From contig JAXMOL010000051.1 of assembly GCA_034669905.1 (NCBI GenBank), positions 1 to 53,983 of the forward strand: a DNA stretch of 53,983 bases. Direction: 5' to 3'. The position numbers were made by a program, and so were the translations under genes. Each line of letters starts with the position of its first letter. Position 1 is the stretch's first letter. Below the pieces are notes generated by a model. That model was not told the DNA's origin, ran no database searches, and saw nothing but the letters and a program-made list of their open reading frames with translations. Shown here piece by piece: positions 19,828-30,177 of the stretch. The stretch is from Candidatus Hydrogenedentota bacterium (GTDB lineage Bacteria > Hydrogenedentota > Hydrogenedentia > Hydrogenedentales > JAEUWI01).

Positions 19828-20691
19828 TCATTCGTAGTACGGGGGCTTCTGCATGGGCCACAATTCACCCCACATGCCTTGGCCTCCATCAACCGTGAGG
19901 GTCTCCCCGGTGATGAATGAGCCCGTGGGGCCGCCGAGGTAAATCACCGCTTCGGCAATCTCCATGACGGTGCCCAGTCGGCGCATGGGGTTCCGGCGGT
20001 CAAAGTCGACCCGCGCTTCTTCGGGATAGACGTTCAGCCCCGTAGTTTCGATGGCCCCAGGCGCGACGCAGTTGACACGAATCTCGTGGGGTGCCCACTC
20101 GACTCCCAGGCTGAGGGCCAGGTTGGAAACCGCCGCGCGAGCCGCGCTGGTGTGGGCTATCTGGGGCATGCCCCGCCAGAAGGCCGCAATGATATTGACG
20201 ATACTGCCCGGCTGCTCATGTCGTTTCCATTGGCGGGCCGCCGCCTGCATCATATAGAAGGTGCCCGTAAGGTTGGTCTCGATGACGGCATGCCAGCCGT
20301 TGGGGCTGAAATCGATGGCATCCTGGGGGAACTGCCCCCCCGCGTTGTTCACTAGCAAATCCAGGCGACCATGCGCTTTCCAGACCGCTTCAAAGAGGGC
20401 GTCCACCTGCGCGGGGTCTCGAATCGTCATGGCGTGGGTATCGCAGGGCACATCGATGGATTCCAGTAGGGTCCGGGTGCTTTCCAGCTTGGATTCGGTA
20501 CGGCCACAGACCACGACGCGGGCACCCAGACGGCCACAGAGCAGGGCAATGGCCTGACCGATACCCGTCCCGCCACCGGATATGAGGACCACCTGACCGG
20601 CCAGAAGGTCGTCCCGATAGGCGGTCGGGTACTGCAGTATTTCTGCCGCGCTCATACCCAGGATAGGGGTCTTTCTTTCTTCGTCCGACAT
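19828..20691 (-). CDS. atuB: SDR oxidoreductase, AtuB-like (citronellol/citronellal dehydrogenase)
   Basis: SGGGTGIG, NNAGGQFP, HTSAARA; atu cluster context. Confidence 0.72.
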   Translation of the reverse strand: MSDEERKTPILGMSAAEILQYPTAYRDDLLAGQVVLISGGGTGIGQAIALLCGRLGARVVVCGRTESKLESTRTLLESIDVPCDTHAMTIRDPAQVDALFEAVWKAHGRLDLLVNNAGGQFPQDAIDFSPNGWHAVIETNLTGTFYMMQAAARQWKRHEQPGSIVNIIAAFWRGMPQIAHTSAARAAVSNLALSLGVEWAPHEIRVNCVAPGAIETTGLNVYPEEARVDFDRRNPMRRLGTVMEIAEAVIYLGGPTGSFITGETLTVDGGQGMWGELWPMQKPPYYE

Positions 20692-20742
20692 GAAGCCTTG
20701 CCCTCGCTGGTTCGAAACCGTCTTCAGAACAGAATCAGTATG

Positions 20743-20784
20743 GTCAATTCCTAATTGACATTACAAATTCCTAATGCCTATTAT
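20743..20784. promoter_or_regulatory. Divergent promoter/operator region of the atu cluster
   Basis: Palindrome GTCAATT-CCT-AATTGAC (20743-20759); AATTCCTAAT at 20746 and 20766; TTGACA-18nt-TATTAT on the plus strand. Confidence 0.65.
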
Positions 20785-20790
20785 TGTTTT

Positions 20791-21426
20791 ATGACATCCA
20801 CGCCAACACCACTGACCCGACGGGACCGCAACAAGCTCCGCAACCGGCAAGAAATCCTGGCGGCGGCCCGGGTCGTCTTTGCGGAAAAAGGGTACCAGCA
20901 GGCAGGCATCCAAGAGATCGCAGACCGGGCCGACTTTGCCGTGAGCACCTTGTATGCCTTTTTCGACGGCAAAGAAGCCCTCTACCGCCAGGTCTCCATC
21001 GACGTCGCCAAACAGGCGGGGGCCCTCTTTGATGCGGCCATGGACCAGGGACAGACGCCCTATGAAAAGCTGGTCCAGTATGTGCGGGCCAAAGGGGCCA
21101 TCTTGCGCGAGATGCCCGACGGCTGTCGGATGCTGGAGATGGAGTGGCAGTTATTACAGTCGCCCCAGGGAGCCGAAATCCCGAAGGACGGTATCGGTTC
21201 CATTTACCGCCGCTTCATGGGCCACATCGAGGACCTTTTTGCGGGGGGCATTCGGGACGGTTCCTTTGTGGACGGTGACCCTGCGCTCATGGCCGCCTTG
21301 CTGGACAGCACGGCCAACACCCTCATGGGCCTCGCCCGAAGCGACTCCGAACACTATGACTACGACAAGCGCGTCGACGAGGTCATCGCGCTGTTTTTTT
21401 CACCCGTCTTACGAAAACACGTTTAG
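20791..21426 (+). CDS. TetR/AcrR family regulator (putative AtuR-like)
   Basis: RQEILAAARVVFAEKGY..IADRADFAVSTLYAFFDGKEAL HTH. Confidence 0.9.
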   Translation: MTSTPTPLTRRDRNKLRNRQEILAAARVVFAEKGYQQAGIQEIADRADFAVSTLYAFFDGKEALYRQVSIDVAKQAGALFDAAMDQGQTPYEKLVQYVRAKGAILREMPDGCRMLEMEWQLLQSPQGAEIPKDGIGSIYRRFMGHIEDLFAGGIRDGSFVDGDPALMAALLDSTANTLMGLARSDSEHYDYDKRVDEVIALFFSPVLRKHV

Positions 21427-21474
21427 AAGAAGGTTTCCCGTCAGCGTAGTACGAACTGAAAGGACTGCGAGAGC

Positions 21475-23094
21475 ATGCCGCCCTATTCCTCGCGAATAGC
21501 CCCCGACGCGCCAGACGTTGCGGACAACCGCGCGGCACACTTGTCGTTGATCGACGCCTTTCGCGCTTTGGAACAACGTATTGCGGACAACTCCGCGCGC
21601 AGCCTCCCTAAGTTTCGGAAGCGCGGTCAGCTCCTGCCCCGGGAGCGTCTGGACCTCCTGCTCGATCGGGCAGCGCCCTTTCTGGCTCTTTCCACCCTCT
21701 GCGGCTACCAGATGCATGACGACGACGGGGAGCGAAAGATTTCCGGTGGTGGCGTCATCGGGGGCATGGGCTTTATCTCGGGCATTCGCTGTGTCGTGGT
21801 GGTCAACGATTCGGGCATCCAGGGTGGGGCGGTGACGCCCATGGGGGTGCAAAAAGTCATTCGCCTCCAGGAGATCGCCCTGGAGAATAAGTTGCCCTAC
21901 GTGCAGCTCATCGAGAGCGCCGGGGCCAACCTTTTTCGCCAATCCGAGCTATTTATCGAGGGCGGACGGACCTTCGCCAATCTGGCCCGCCTCTCCGCCG
22001 CGGGTATTCCCGTGGTGGGCATTACCCACGGCTCGTCGACGGCGGGCGGTGCCTACCAGTCGGGCCTCTGCGATTACCTGGTGGTGGTGCGGGGGCGTTC
22101 CAAGATATTCCTGGCGGGCCCGCCCCTCTTAAAGGCCGCCACGGGGGAGATAGCGACCGATGAGGAACTGGGTGGTGCCGAAATGCATTACCAGGTACCG
22201 GGCACGGCAGAATATATGGCCGAGGACGATGCCGATGGCATCCGCATTTGCCGTGAAATACTGGCGAAACTTCCGTGGGAGCGGGGCGCAGTTCATGAGC
22301 CCCATGCCGCCATTAAGCCCCCCCGTTACGATGGGGAAACGCTCTTGGGCTGTGTGCCTCCCCATTATGAAACGCCCTATGAAGCACAGGAGGTTATCGC
22401 CCGTCTGGTGGATGACTCCGACTTCCTCGATTTCAAGGCCGCCTATGGCCTCCATACGGTGACGGTCCATGCGACCCTCGACGGCCACCCGGTGGGTATC
22501 CTGGCCAACAATGGCCCCATCGACCGGGATGGCGCGACGAAGGCCACCCAGTTTATCCAACTCTGTTGCCAATCGGACACGCCCCTTATATTCCTCCAGA
22601 ATACGACGGGCTACATGGTGGGCACCGAGGCCGAGCGGGGCGGCATCATTAAGCACGGCTCCAAGATGATTCAGGCGGTGACCAACGCGACGGTGCCCCG
22701 TATCACCCTCCATATCGGGGCCTCCTTCGGTGCCGGTAATTATGGGATGTGTGGTCGGGGCTTTAACCCCCAATTCATTTTCGCGTGGCCCAACAACCAG
22801 CTTTCTGTTATGGGCGGGACGCAGGCCGCCAAGACCATGTCGAACGTGGTGGAAGCGACCGCCCGAGCCTCGGGCGATGAACCCAATTACGATGCCATCA
22901 AGATGATGGAGCAACAAATCATCGACCAGTACGACACGGAAGGAAAGGCCCTCTACGCCACCGCCCGTGTCTGGGATGACGGCATTATCGACCCGAGGGA
23001 TAGCCGCCGGGTGCTGGCCTTTTGCCTGGCCACCTGCCGGGAAGCACGGCAACGGAACCTTCACCCCAACACCTTTGGTGTGGGACGCATGTAA
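21475..23094 (+). CDS. atuC: Geranyl-CoA carboxylase carboxyltransferase subunit
   Basis: RGQLLPRER, STAGGAY, GAGNYGMCGR, DDGIIDPR, FGVGRM. Confidence 0.85.
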   Translation: MPPYSSRIAPDAPDVADNRAAHLSLIDAFRALEQRIADNSARSLPKFRKRGQLLPRERLDLLLDRAAPFLALSTLCGYQMHDDDGERKISGGGVIGGMGFISGIRCVVVVNDSGIQGGAVTPMGVQKVIRLQEIALENKLPYVQLIESAGANLFRQSELFIEGGRTFANLARLSAAGIPVVGITHGSSTAGGAYQSGLCDYLVVVRGRSKIFLAGPPLLKAATGEIATDEELGGAEMHYQVPGTAEYMAEDDADGIRICREILAKLPWERGAVHEPHAAIKPPRYDGETLLGCVPPHYETPYEAQEVIARLVDDSDFLDFKAAYGLHTVTVHATLDGHPVGILANNGPIDRDGATKATQFIQLCCQSDTPLIFLQNTTGYMVGTEAERGGIIKHGSKMIQAVTNATVPRITLHIGASFGAGNYGMCGRGFNPQFIFAWPNNQLSVMGGTQAAKTMSNVVEATARASGDEPNYDAIKMMEQQIIDQYDTEGKALYATARVWDDGIIDPRDSRRVLAFCLATCREARQRNLHPNTFGVGRM

Positions 23095-23117
23095 CCGCAA
23101 TCAGGAGCACACCTGCC

Positions 23118-24296
23118 ATGGAACTGAGTCAGGAACATGAGCAACTACGGGATACCATCCGCAAATTTGTGGAAGCCGAGCTCAACCCCTACGTCGATGA
23201 ATGGGAACGGGACGGTATCTTCCCCGCCCATGACGTCTTCAAAAAGATGGGCGACCTGGGCCTCCTCGGCATCACGAAACCCGAGGCCTATGGCGGTTTG
23301 GGTTTGGACTATTCCTACCAGGCGGTGATGAACGAAACCCTGGGCTACACCAACTGCGCCGGCGTCCCCATGGCCATCGGGGTCCAGACCGACATGGCGA
23401 CCCCCGCATTGGCCCGATTCGGTTCGGATGTGGTGCGGGAGAAATTCCTGACCCCCACCATCGCGGGCGACTACGTCTCGTGCATTGGCGTCTCTGAGAT
23501 TTCTGCCGGGTCGGACGTGGCGAACATCAAGACCTACGCGGCGAAGCAGGGCGGTGACTACATCATCAACGGGGGGAAAATGTGGATTACCAGCGGCACC
23601 CAGGCCGACTGGATCTGCCTGCTCTGCAACACGGGCGACAGCGCCAACATCCACACCAACAAGAGCATACTTTGCGTGCCCCTCCGAGAAAACGGCGCGT
23701 TGTGTAAGGGGGTCACGATTGAGCGGAAGCTCGACAAACTCGGTATGCGCTCATCGGATACGGCCGAGCTTCATTTCGAAGATGTGCGGGTACCCGTTGA
23801 AAACCTCGTGGGTGAGGAAGGTGCGGGTTTCACCTATCAGATGATGCAGTTTCAGGAGGAGCGCATGTATTCCGCCCTCTCCTGCCTCGTCTCCCTCACG
23901 CGCACCATTGACGACACCATTGAATACACCCGACAGCGGGAGGCCTTCGGTAAACCCATCCTCCACAATCAGGTGGTGCACTTTCGCCTCGCCGAGTTGC
24001 AGACCGAGGTGGAGTGTCTGCGGGCCCTGACGTGGAAAGCCGTTCAGATGCACATTGCCGGTGAGGATTGCACGATGCTGGCCTCCATGGCCAAGCTGAA
24101 AGCGGGACGACTCACCCGGGAGGTGAATGATGCGTGCCTGCAGTATTGGGGCGGCATGGGCTTCATGGAAGAGTCCCGCGTGGCACGGAGCTATCGGGAT
24201 GGTCGCCTAGGCTCGATCGGCGGTGGTGCCGATGAAATCATGTTGGGCATCATCTGCAAATTCATGGGCACCCTGCCCTCCAGTCGGCGAGGCTGA
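23118..24296 (+). CDS. atuD: Citronellyl-CoA dehydrogenase-like acyl-CoA dehydrogenase
   Basis: AGSDVA, NGGKMWITSG, KLGMRSSDTA, CLQYWGGMGF, SIGGGADE; AGGAG RBS. Confidence 0.85.
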   Translation: MELSQEHEQLRDTIRKFVEAELNPYVDEWERDGIFPAHDVFKKMGDLGLLGITKPEAYGGLGLDYSYQAVMNETLGYTNCAGVPMAIGVQTDMATPALARFGSDVVREKFLTPTIAGDYVSCIGVSEISAGSDVANIKTYAAKQGGDYIINGGKMWITSGTQADWICLLCNTGDSANIHTNKSILCVPLRENGALCKGVTIERKLDKLGMRSSDTAELHFEDVRVPVENLVGEEGAGFTYQMMQFQEERMYSALSCLVSLTRTIDDTIEYTRQREAFGKPILHNQVVHFRLAELQTEVECLRALTWKAVQMHIAGEDCTMLASMAKLKAGRLTREVNDACLQYWGGMGFMEESRVARSYRDGRLGSIGGGADEIMLGIICKFMGTLPSSRRG

Positions 24297-24299
24297 ACG

Positions 24300-25124
24300 A
24301 TGGCGAGCCTTCCCGATTGTGAAACCCTCTTAGTGGCGTTAAGCGGCTCTACCCTTTTTGTCACCTTGAATCGCCCGAAAGCGAAGAACGCCCTCTCGGA
24401 TCAGATGGTCAGCGAACTTACCGGGTTGTGTGGCCTGCTGGAAGGGACCCGGGAAATCCGCGCCGTCGTATTGCGCGGTGCACAGGGATGCTTCTGCGCC
24501 GGCGGCGACATTTCGATTTTTAAGGAGAGCCGTTCTACCCCGCCACTCACCGACGGTGGCCGCGATCCCCTGGCCATCAAGAACCGACAGTTCGGAGAAT
24601 TTCTGCTTCGCCTTCAGGCCATTCCCCAGGTGTTGATTGCGGTGGTGGAAGGGGTGGCCTTCGGCGGAGGGCTGGGCCTGGTCAGCGTAACGGACGTGGC
24701 CCTGTGTCATACCGATGCCCGCTTCGCACTGAGTGAGACGGGACTGGGTATCACCCCCTCGCAGATTGCACCCTTCGTGGTGCAGCGCGTGGGGCTCACC
24801 ACCACCCGACACCTGGCCCTCACAGGACACCGCTTCGACGGGGCCCACGCGGAAAAGATTGGCCTGGTGCACACCGTCGTGCCAGACCAGAAGGCCCTGA
24901 AAATGGCGCTGGCCCAGACCTTATCGGAAGTAAGTCGCTGTGCGCCCGGCGCCAATGCGGAAACGAAACGCATTCTCATGAACACCATGACCATGCCGCT
25001 CGATAACGTGCTCGATGACGCGGCAGACGCCTTCGTCGTCCAGCTTCGGGGCGATGAAGGCCAGGAAGGCGTGGCCGCCTTTCTGGAAAAACGACCGGCG
25101 GCCTGGACGGAGCAGGGTCCATGA
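24300..25124 (+). CDS. atuE: Isohexenylglutaconyl-CoA hydratase-like enoyl-CoA hydratase
   Basis: LNRPKAKNALS, FCAGGD, GGGLGL, crotonase family; cluster context. Confidence 0.8.
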   Translation: MASLPDCETLLVALSGSTLFVTLNRPKAKNALSDQMVSELTGLCGLLEGTREIRAVVLRGAQGCFCAGGDISIFKESRSTPPLTDGGRDPLAIKNRQFGEFLLRLQAIPQVLIAVVEGVAFGGGLGLVSVTDVALCHTDARFALSETGLGITPSQIAPFVVQRVGLTTTRHLALTGHRFDGAHAEKIGLVHTVVPDQKALKMALAQTLSEVSRCAPGANAETKRILMNTMTMPLDNVLDDAADAFVVQLRGDEGQEGVAAFLEKRPAAWTEQGP

Positions 25125-27097
25125 GCCCACGCTTTCACAAGGTCCTCGTGGCCAATCGGGGCGAGATTGCCTGCCGCATCCTGCGCACGGCCCGCAGTGA
25201 GGGCTACGCCACCGTCGCGGTATACAGTGACGCCGATGCCGACGCCCTCCACGTCGCCATGGCCGATGAGGCGGTGTATATTGGCAAAGCGCCGGCCGGG
25301 GAATCCTACTTAAACACGGAAGCGATCATCGCGGCGGCGAAAACTTCCCATGCCGACGCCATCCACCCCGGCTATGGCTTCCTCAGTGAAAACGCCGACT
25401 TTGCAGCCGCATGCGCGGCAGAAGATCTGACCTTCATCGGACCACCCCCTTCGGTCATCGCCGCCATGGGCAACAAGGCGGAGGCCAAGGGCATCATGAC
25501 CGATGCCGAGGTGCCCTGTGTGCCGGGCTATGACGGTGCCGACCAGGAGGACGCGACTCTTCTCGCCGAAATGGAGCGCGTCGGATTCCCCGTGTTGCTC
25601 AAGGCCGTCGCCGGTGGTGGTGGACGGGGCATGCGCGTGGTCCGCCAGCCTTCCGAAGCACCAGCGGCCCTCGCCAGCGCCCGCACCGAGGCCCAATCGG
25701 CCTTTGGCTGTGGTGCCCTGCTCATTGAGCGCTTTCTGGAAAAGGTGCGCCATGTGGAGGTCCAGATTCTCGCGGACGCCCACGGCCAGTGCATTCACCT
25801 GGGTGAACGGGACTGCTCGGTGCAGCGGCGCTATCAAAAGGTCATCGAAGAGTCCCCCTCCCCCGCGGTGGACGAAGCATTGCGCGCAGAAATGGGTGCG
25901 GTAGCCGTCCGCGCTGCCCAGGCCACTGGCTATGTCAACGCGGGGACGGTGGAATTTCTGCTGGACCAGGATGGCCATTTCTATTTTCTCGAAATAAACA
26001 CCCGCCTCCAGGTGGAGCATCCGGTCACCGAGTTGGTCACCGGCCTCGACCTGGTAGCACTCCAGCTTGCCATCGCCCAAGGCGACCCGCTGCCCGTCCT
26101 GCAGGAAGACGTCGTGCTGGCCGGCCACGCCATGGAGCTCCGTCTCTATGCGGAAGACCCGGTCGCAGATTTTACCCCCCAGACCGGGACCATTCTTCAG
26201 TGGCGTCCGCCCGAAGGCCAGGACATTCGAACGGACCACGGCCTCCGGGATGGCTATACCATCACGCCCTACTACGACGCCATGCTGGCAAAGATTATTG
26301 CCTGGGGAACAACCCGCGAGGAGTCGCGCACCCGGCTGCTCCATGCCCTGCGGAAAACGACCCTGCTGGGGGTCCCCACCAACCGGGCCTGGCTGGATAG
26401 CCTGTTACAACATCAAACATTCGTCGAGGGAGGCCATGGAAACAATTTCGTCGCCAACCTGGGCGCCCCAGTCGAAAGCCAGGAAACGGATCTCCTTACC
26501 CTGTTGGTTGCGGCGACCCTCCTGATCGAGCGGGATGCCGAGAACGTTTCCCCTTCGCAAAAGGGGTGGTCATCCACGGGGTCCGTTACGGTACCGTTGA
26601 AACTCTGGCATGACGGGGCCCACGCGTGGCTTCACGTGCGGGTATGGGGAAATACCTACGCGCTCACCCAGGAAGACAGGACCCACACCCTCGAAGTCAT
26701 CACGATGACGGACGATACGATTACCTTCACGCAGGAGGGACGCCGGGTTTCGGCCCCCTACGCCTTTGAGGATAGCAACGTGTATCTGTCGGTGCACCAG
26801 CAGGTCGCCCACCTTCGGGATGACACCTACGCGCCGCCGGAGGAAGTTATTCCCGGTGGGGACGGCATCTTAAAGGCCCCCATGGTCGGGCAGGTGGTGG
26901 AACTCCATGTGGCCGTTGGTGACCCGGTAGCGGCGGGCGACGTGCTCGTGGTGCTGGAGGCAATGAAAATGGTGAACGCCCTCGTCGCACCTTTTTCGGG
27001 CACGGTGACGTCCCTCGGTGTGGCGAAGGGCGATCGGGTCGACCCCGGCCAGGTTGTTTTGGAACTTGCTCCCCTGGAAAGTGAGGCCACGCCATGA
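25121..27097 (+). CDS. atuF: Geranyl-CoA carboxylase biotin carboxylase/BCCP subunit
   Basis: ANRGEIA, HPGYGFLSEN, GGGGRGMR, RLQVEHPVTE, biotin motif EAMKM; ATGA overlap with atuE. Confidence 0.87.
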   Translation: MSPRFHKVLVANRGEIACRILRTARSEGYATVAVYSDADADALHVAMADEAVYIGKAPAGESYLNTEAIIAAAKTSHADAIHPGYGFLSENADFAAACAAEDLTFIGPPPSVIAAMGNKAEAKGIMTDAEVPCVPGYDGADQEDATLLAEMERVGFPVLLKAVAGGGGRGMRVVRQPSEAPAALASARTEAQSAFGCGALLIERFLEKVRHVEVQILADAHGQCIHLGERDCSVQRRYQKVIEESPSPAVDEALRAEMGAVAVRAAQATGYVNAGTVEFLLDQDGHFYFLEINTRLQVEHPVTELVTGLDLVALQLAIAQGDPLPVLQEDVVLAGHAMELRLYAEDPVADFTPQTGTILQWRPPEGQDIRTDHGLRDGYTITPYYDAMLAKIIAWGTTREESRTRLLHALRKTTLLGVPTNRAWLDSLLQHQTFVEGGHGNNFVANLGAPVESQETDLLTLLVAATLLIERDAENVSPSQKGWSSTGSVTVPLKLWHDGAHAWLHVRVWGNTYALTQEDRTHTLEVITMTDDTITFTQEGRRVSAPYAFEDSNVYLSVHQQVAHLRDDTYAPPEEVIPGGDGILKAPMVGQVVELHVAVGDPVAAGDVLVVLEAMKMVNALVAPFSGTVTSLGVAKGDRVDPGQVVLELAPLESEATP

Positions 27098-28899
27098 CAC
27101 AACCCAAGGCACAAAAAACCGTGCGCATCGGTGGGGCCTCCGGATTCTGGGGCGACTCCAACCTGGCGGCCCTGCAACTCGTTCGGGGCGGACAACTCGA
27201 TTACCTGGTCTTCGATTATCTCGCGGAAGTCACCCTATCCATCATGGCCCGTGCCCGGGAGAATGACCCCGAACAGGGCTACGCGCTGGACTTTGTCACC
27301 GTGGTGATGAAGCAATGCCTCACGGCGATTGTTGCGCAGCACATCAAAGTCATCTCCAATGCGGGCGGCATGAACCCGGAAGCCTGCGGTCGGGCCATCG
27401 AGGCATTGGCCGAAGAACTCGGCCTTTCGCTTCGCGTGGCCGTGGTGACGGGCGACGACCTGATGGATACCCTCGACACCCTGCGAAACGACGGGGTGAC
27501 CGAAATGTTTACCGGGGACGCCCTTCCGGATTCGTGCCTGAGTGCCAATGCCTATCTCGGTGCCTTCCCCATTGCGTCCGCGTTGGACCAGGGCGCGGAC
27601 ATGGTCATTACGGGACGGTGCGTGGACAGTGCGGTCACGCTGGGCGCCTGCATCCATGAATTCGGCTGGACCGCCACCGACTACGACCGTCTTGCGGGGG
27701 GAAGCCTGGTGGGCCACATCATCGAATGTGGTGCCCAGGCAAGCGGTGGCCTCTTCAGCGATTGGGAGTTAACCGGGCGCTGGGAGGACATTGGCTATCC
27801 CATTGCGCAGGTTACTTCGGAGGGGGATTTCGAAATCACCAAGCCCGATGGGACCGGTGGATTAGTCAGTCGGGGCACCGTCGCGGAGCAACTCGTCTAT
27901 GAAATCGGTGACCCGCAGGCCTACATCTTGCCCGACGTGGTGTGTGACTTTTCCCAGGTGTCAATTCGTGATGTGGGACCAAACTGTGTCGCCGTCTCTG
28001 GCGCACGGGGAAGCGCGCCCACGGACACCCTGAAAGTTTCCGCCACCTGGAAAGATGGCTATCGCATCGGCATGTATTTGACCATCCGGGGACGGGACGC
28101 GGCCGCCAAGGCCCAGAAAGTGGCCGACGCCGTCTTCACCCGGTGCGCGGCCATGTTGGTCCAGATGGGTGCACCGCCCTTCACGGAGACGGATGTGGAA
28201 GTGCTGGGTGCGGAAGCGGGTTATGGTCCCCATGCCCGCAACACGTCATCACGAGAAGTGGTGCTGAAAGTTGCCGCGAAACATCCGCTGCCCCTCGCGT
28301 TGATGGGCCTGCTGAGGGAGCTGACTTCTTCGGCCACTTCCATGGCCCCCGGCATCTCGGCCATGGGGGGAAACCGTCCGAAACCCGCGCCGGTGATTCG
28401 CCTCTTTTCACTGCTTGTGCCCAAGCCTTCCGTGCGGGCCACCGTGCACTTGGGCCAGGAGTCCTGGGAGGTCCCCTATGTATCGGGGCCCCCGTTCAAC
28501 GCGGACACGCTGCTCCGCCCCTCCATGCCGTCCGCCGGGGGGGGCGGGGATACGGTCGTACGGCCTCTTTTCGCCCTGGCCCATGGCCGCAGTGGGGACA
28601 AGGGCAACGACGCCAATATCGGCATCATCGCCCGGGATGCGCGGGCCCTGCCCTACCTATGTCAGACCCTGACGGCGGTGCGGGTGGGGGCCTATTTCGA
28701 CTACCTGATGACAGGGACGGTTGAGCGCTATTTCCTTCCAGGCATCGGCGCGCTTAACTTCGTACTCCATGATGCCCTGGGCGGCGGTGGCATGAACAGC
28801 CTCCGCAATGACCCACAAGGGAAGGCCTACGCCCAGATTCTGCTGGACATGCCGATGGAAGTACCCCGTGACCTGGCGGACGCGTTGAAACTGCAGTAG
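27094..28899 (+). CDS. atuA: Acyclic terpene utilization protein AtuA (DUF1446)
   Basis: GASGFWGD, DYLAEVT, ECGAQASGG, HGRSGDKG, DPQGK; ATGA overlap with atuF. Confidence 0.9.
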   Translation: MTQPKAQKTVRIGGASGFWGDSNLAALQLVRGGQLDYLVFDYLAEVTLSIMARARENDPEQGYALDFVTVVMKQCLTAIVAQHIKVISNAGGMNPEACGRAIEALAEELGLSLRVAVVTGDDLMDTLDTLRNDGVTEMFTGDALPDSCLSANAYLGAFPIASALDQGADMVITGRCVDSAVTLGACIHEFGWTATDYDRLAGGSLVGHIIECGAQASGGLFSDWELTGRWEDIGYPIAQVTSEGDFEITKPDGTGGLVSRGTVAEQLVYEIGDPQAYILPDVVCDFSQVSIRDVGPNCVAVSGARGSAPTDTLKVSATWKDGYRIGMYLTIRGRDAAAKAQKVADAVFTRCAAMLVQMGAPPFTETDVEVLGAEAGYGPHARNTSSREVVLKVAAKHPLPLALMGLLRELTSSATSMAPGISAMGGNRPKPAPVIRLFSLLVPKPSVRATVHLGQESWEVPYVSGPPFNADTLLRPSMPSAGGGGDTVVRPLFALAHGRSGDKGNDANIGIIARDARALPYLCQTLTAVRVGAYFDYLMTGTVERYFLPGIGALNFVLHDALGGGGMNSLRNDPQGKAYAQILLDMPMEVPRDLADALKLQ

Positions 28900-29059
28900 C
28901 GGGCCGCATATCCATAGCCTGCCTTATTGCGAGCGACAAAACCCAGGCGAACAATTTTACCGGGACGATGGAGGCACTGTGCGACGAGAAACATGTCCAA
29001 CCCGGCAACTGCGTACTGTTACGTAGCAACCCACCTGGGGCGCGTGCCTCAATCCGCTA

Positions 29060-29974
29060 TCACTTTCCAGAGAAAAAGGGAAAGAGCATCCGAAGCTCTT
29101 CCTCCGAAGGACGGCGTCCGTACTCGCAGATTTCGAAGGCCTCGGCAAATTCCACGGCGGCGGCCTTTTCATTGCCATACCACTTTGCCAATTCTTCGGG
29201 ATACTTCTGGGCAACACCTTTCATGCGCCCCCGAAAACGCTCGGCAATCCACTTTTTTGCTTCCTCCGGATCGGTGGGCACTTCGTCCAGGTAATCCCCG
29301 TGCCACGGTGCCCACTCGGCAAACTGGGAGGGCATTTCCCCCAGGGCCTTCAGCTTCCGCTCGATGGTATCATCAATGGAGACGACGATATCGGCCTCAA
29401 AGGGATTGGGTTTCTGGAAGTGATCCCAGAGGTAGAGATAGACGGGATTTTTTCGCAGGGGCTCGGTGTCCGGGCAAATAAACGGCACGGTCACCATGTA
29501 GGCTCCATCCTGCACGAGGATGCCCGTGTAGCGGTGATCGGGATGGTAGTCATTGGGGCGGGGACTGATGACGATATCGGCCTTCCATTCACGGATCAGC
29601 CGAATCAATTCCTTGCGAATCTCCAGGGTGGGCATGAGTTCACCATCGTGATGATCCAGGACCTGGGTTTCGATGCCCAGGATCTTGGCCGCCGTCTGCA
29701 CCTCCTTGGTGCGCCGCTTCGCCAGGGGACCACCGGCCATCTCGTGGTGTCCAATATCGCCATTGGTCACGGAAACGAATTTAACCTTGTGTCCCTGATC
29801 CGCCCATTTCGCCGCCACGCCCCCTGCCTTGAGCTCGCAGTCATCCGGATGGGCACCAAACACGATAATGCGGAGGGGCTCGGCGGCCTCGGCAGGATTC
29901 GGGTGAAGGATGAGGATACACAAGACCGTAAGGATTGCCGCAGCAGCAATGCGGAAGGTGGAAGACCAGGTCAT
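29060..29974 (-). CDS. Exported PIG-L family deacetylase
   Basis: Signal peptide; GAHPDD, HPDH motifs. Confidence 0.88.
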   Translation of the reverse strand: MTWSSTFRIAAAAILTVLCILILHPNPAEAAEPLRIIVFGAHPDDCELKAGGVAAKWADQGHKVKFVSVTNGDIGHHEMAGGPLAKRRTKEVQTAAKILGIETQVLDHHDGELMPTLEIRKELIRLIREWKADIVISPRPNDYHPDHRYTGILVQDGAYMVTVPFICPDTEPLRKNPVYLYLWDHFQKPNPFEADIVVSIDDTIERKLKALGEMPSQFAEWAPWHGDYLDEVPTDPEEAKKWIAERFRGRMKGVAQKYPEELAKWYGNEKAAAVEFAEAFEICEYGRRPSEEELRMLFPFFSGK

Positions 29975-30116
29975 GATAAAAACTCCCGTGGGGGGTTGAT
30001 GCTTCGAGCCCATGTATTCCTGAAGGCAGCGTAATGGACTGCCACCAGCCTACCACAGTTGCGACGATGTGTCTTCCCCTCGAATTCAACACGCCGCCAG
30101 GGCATCATCCAACACG

Positions 30117-30150
30117 AAAAAAGCCCCCGCCAGTATCCCGACGGAGGCTT
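30117..30150 (-). terminator. Intrinsic terminator after the sialate O-acetylesterase gene
   Basis: AAGCCCCCG..CGGAGGCTT stem with an A-run on the plus strand (U-tract on minus). Confidence 0.6.
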
Positions 30151-30177
30151 CTGTATACCATAGTGCTGATTACGTGC

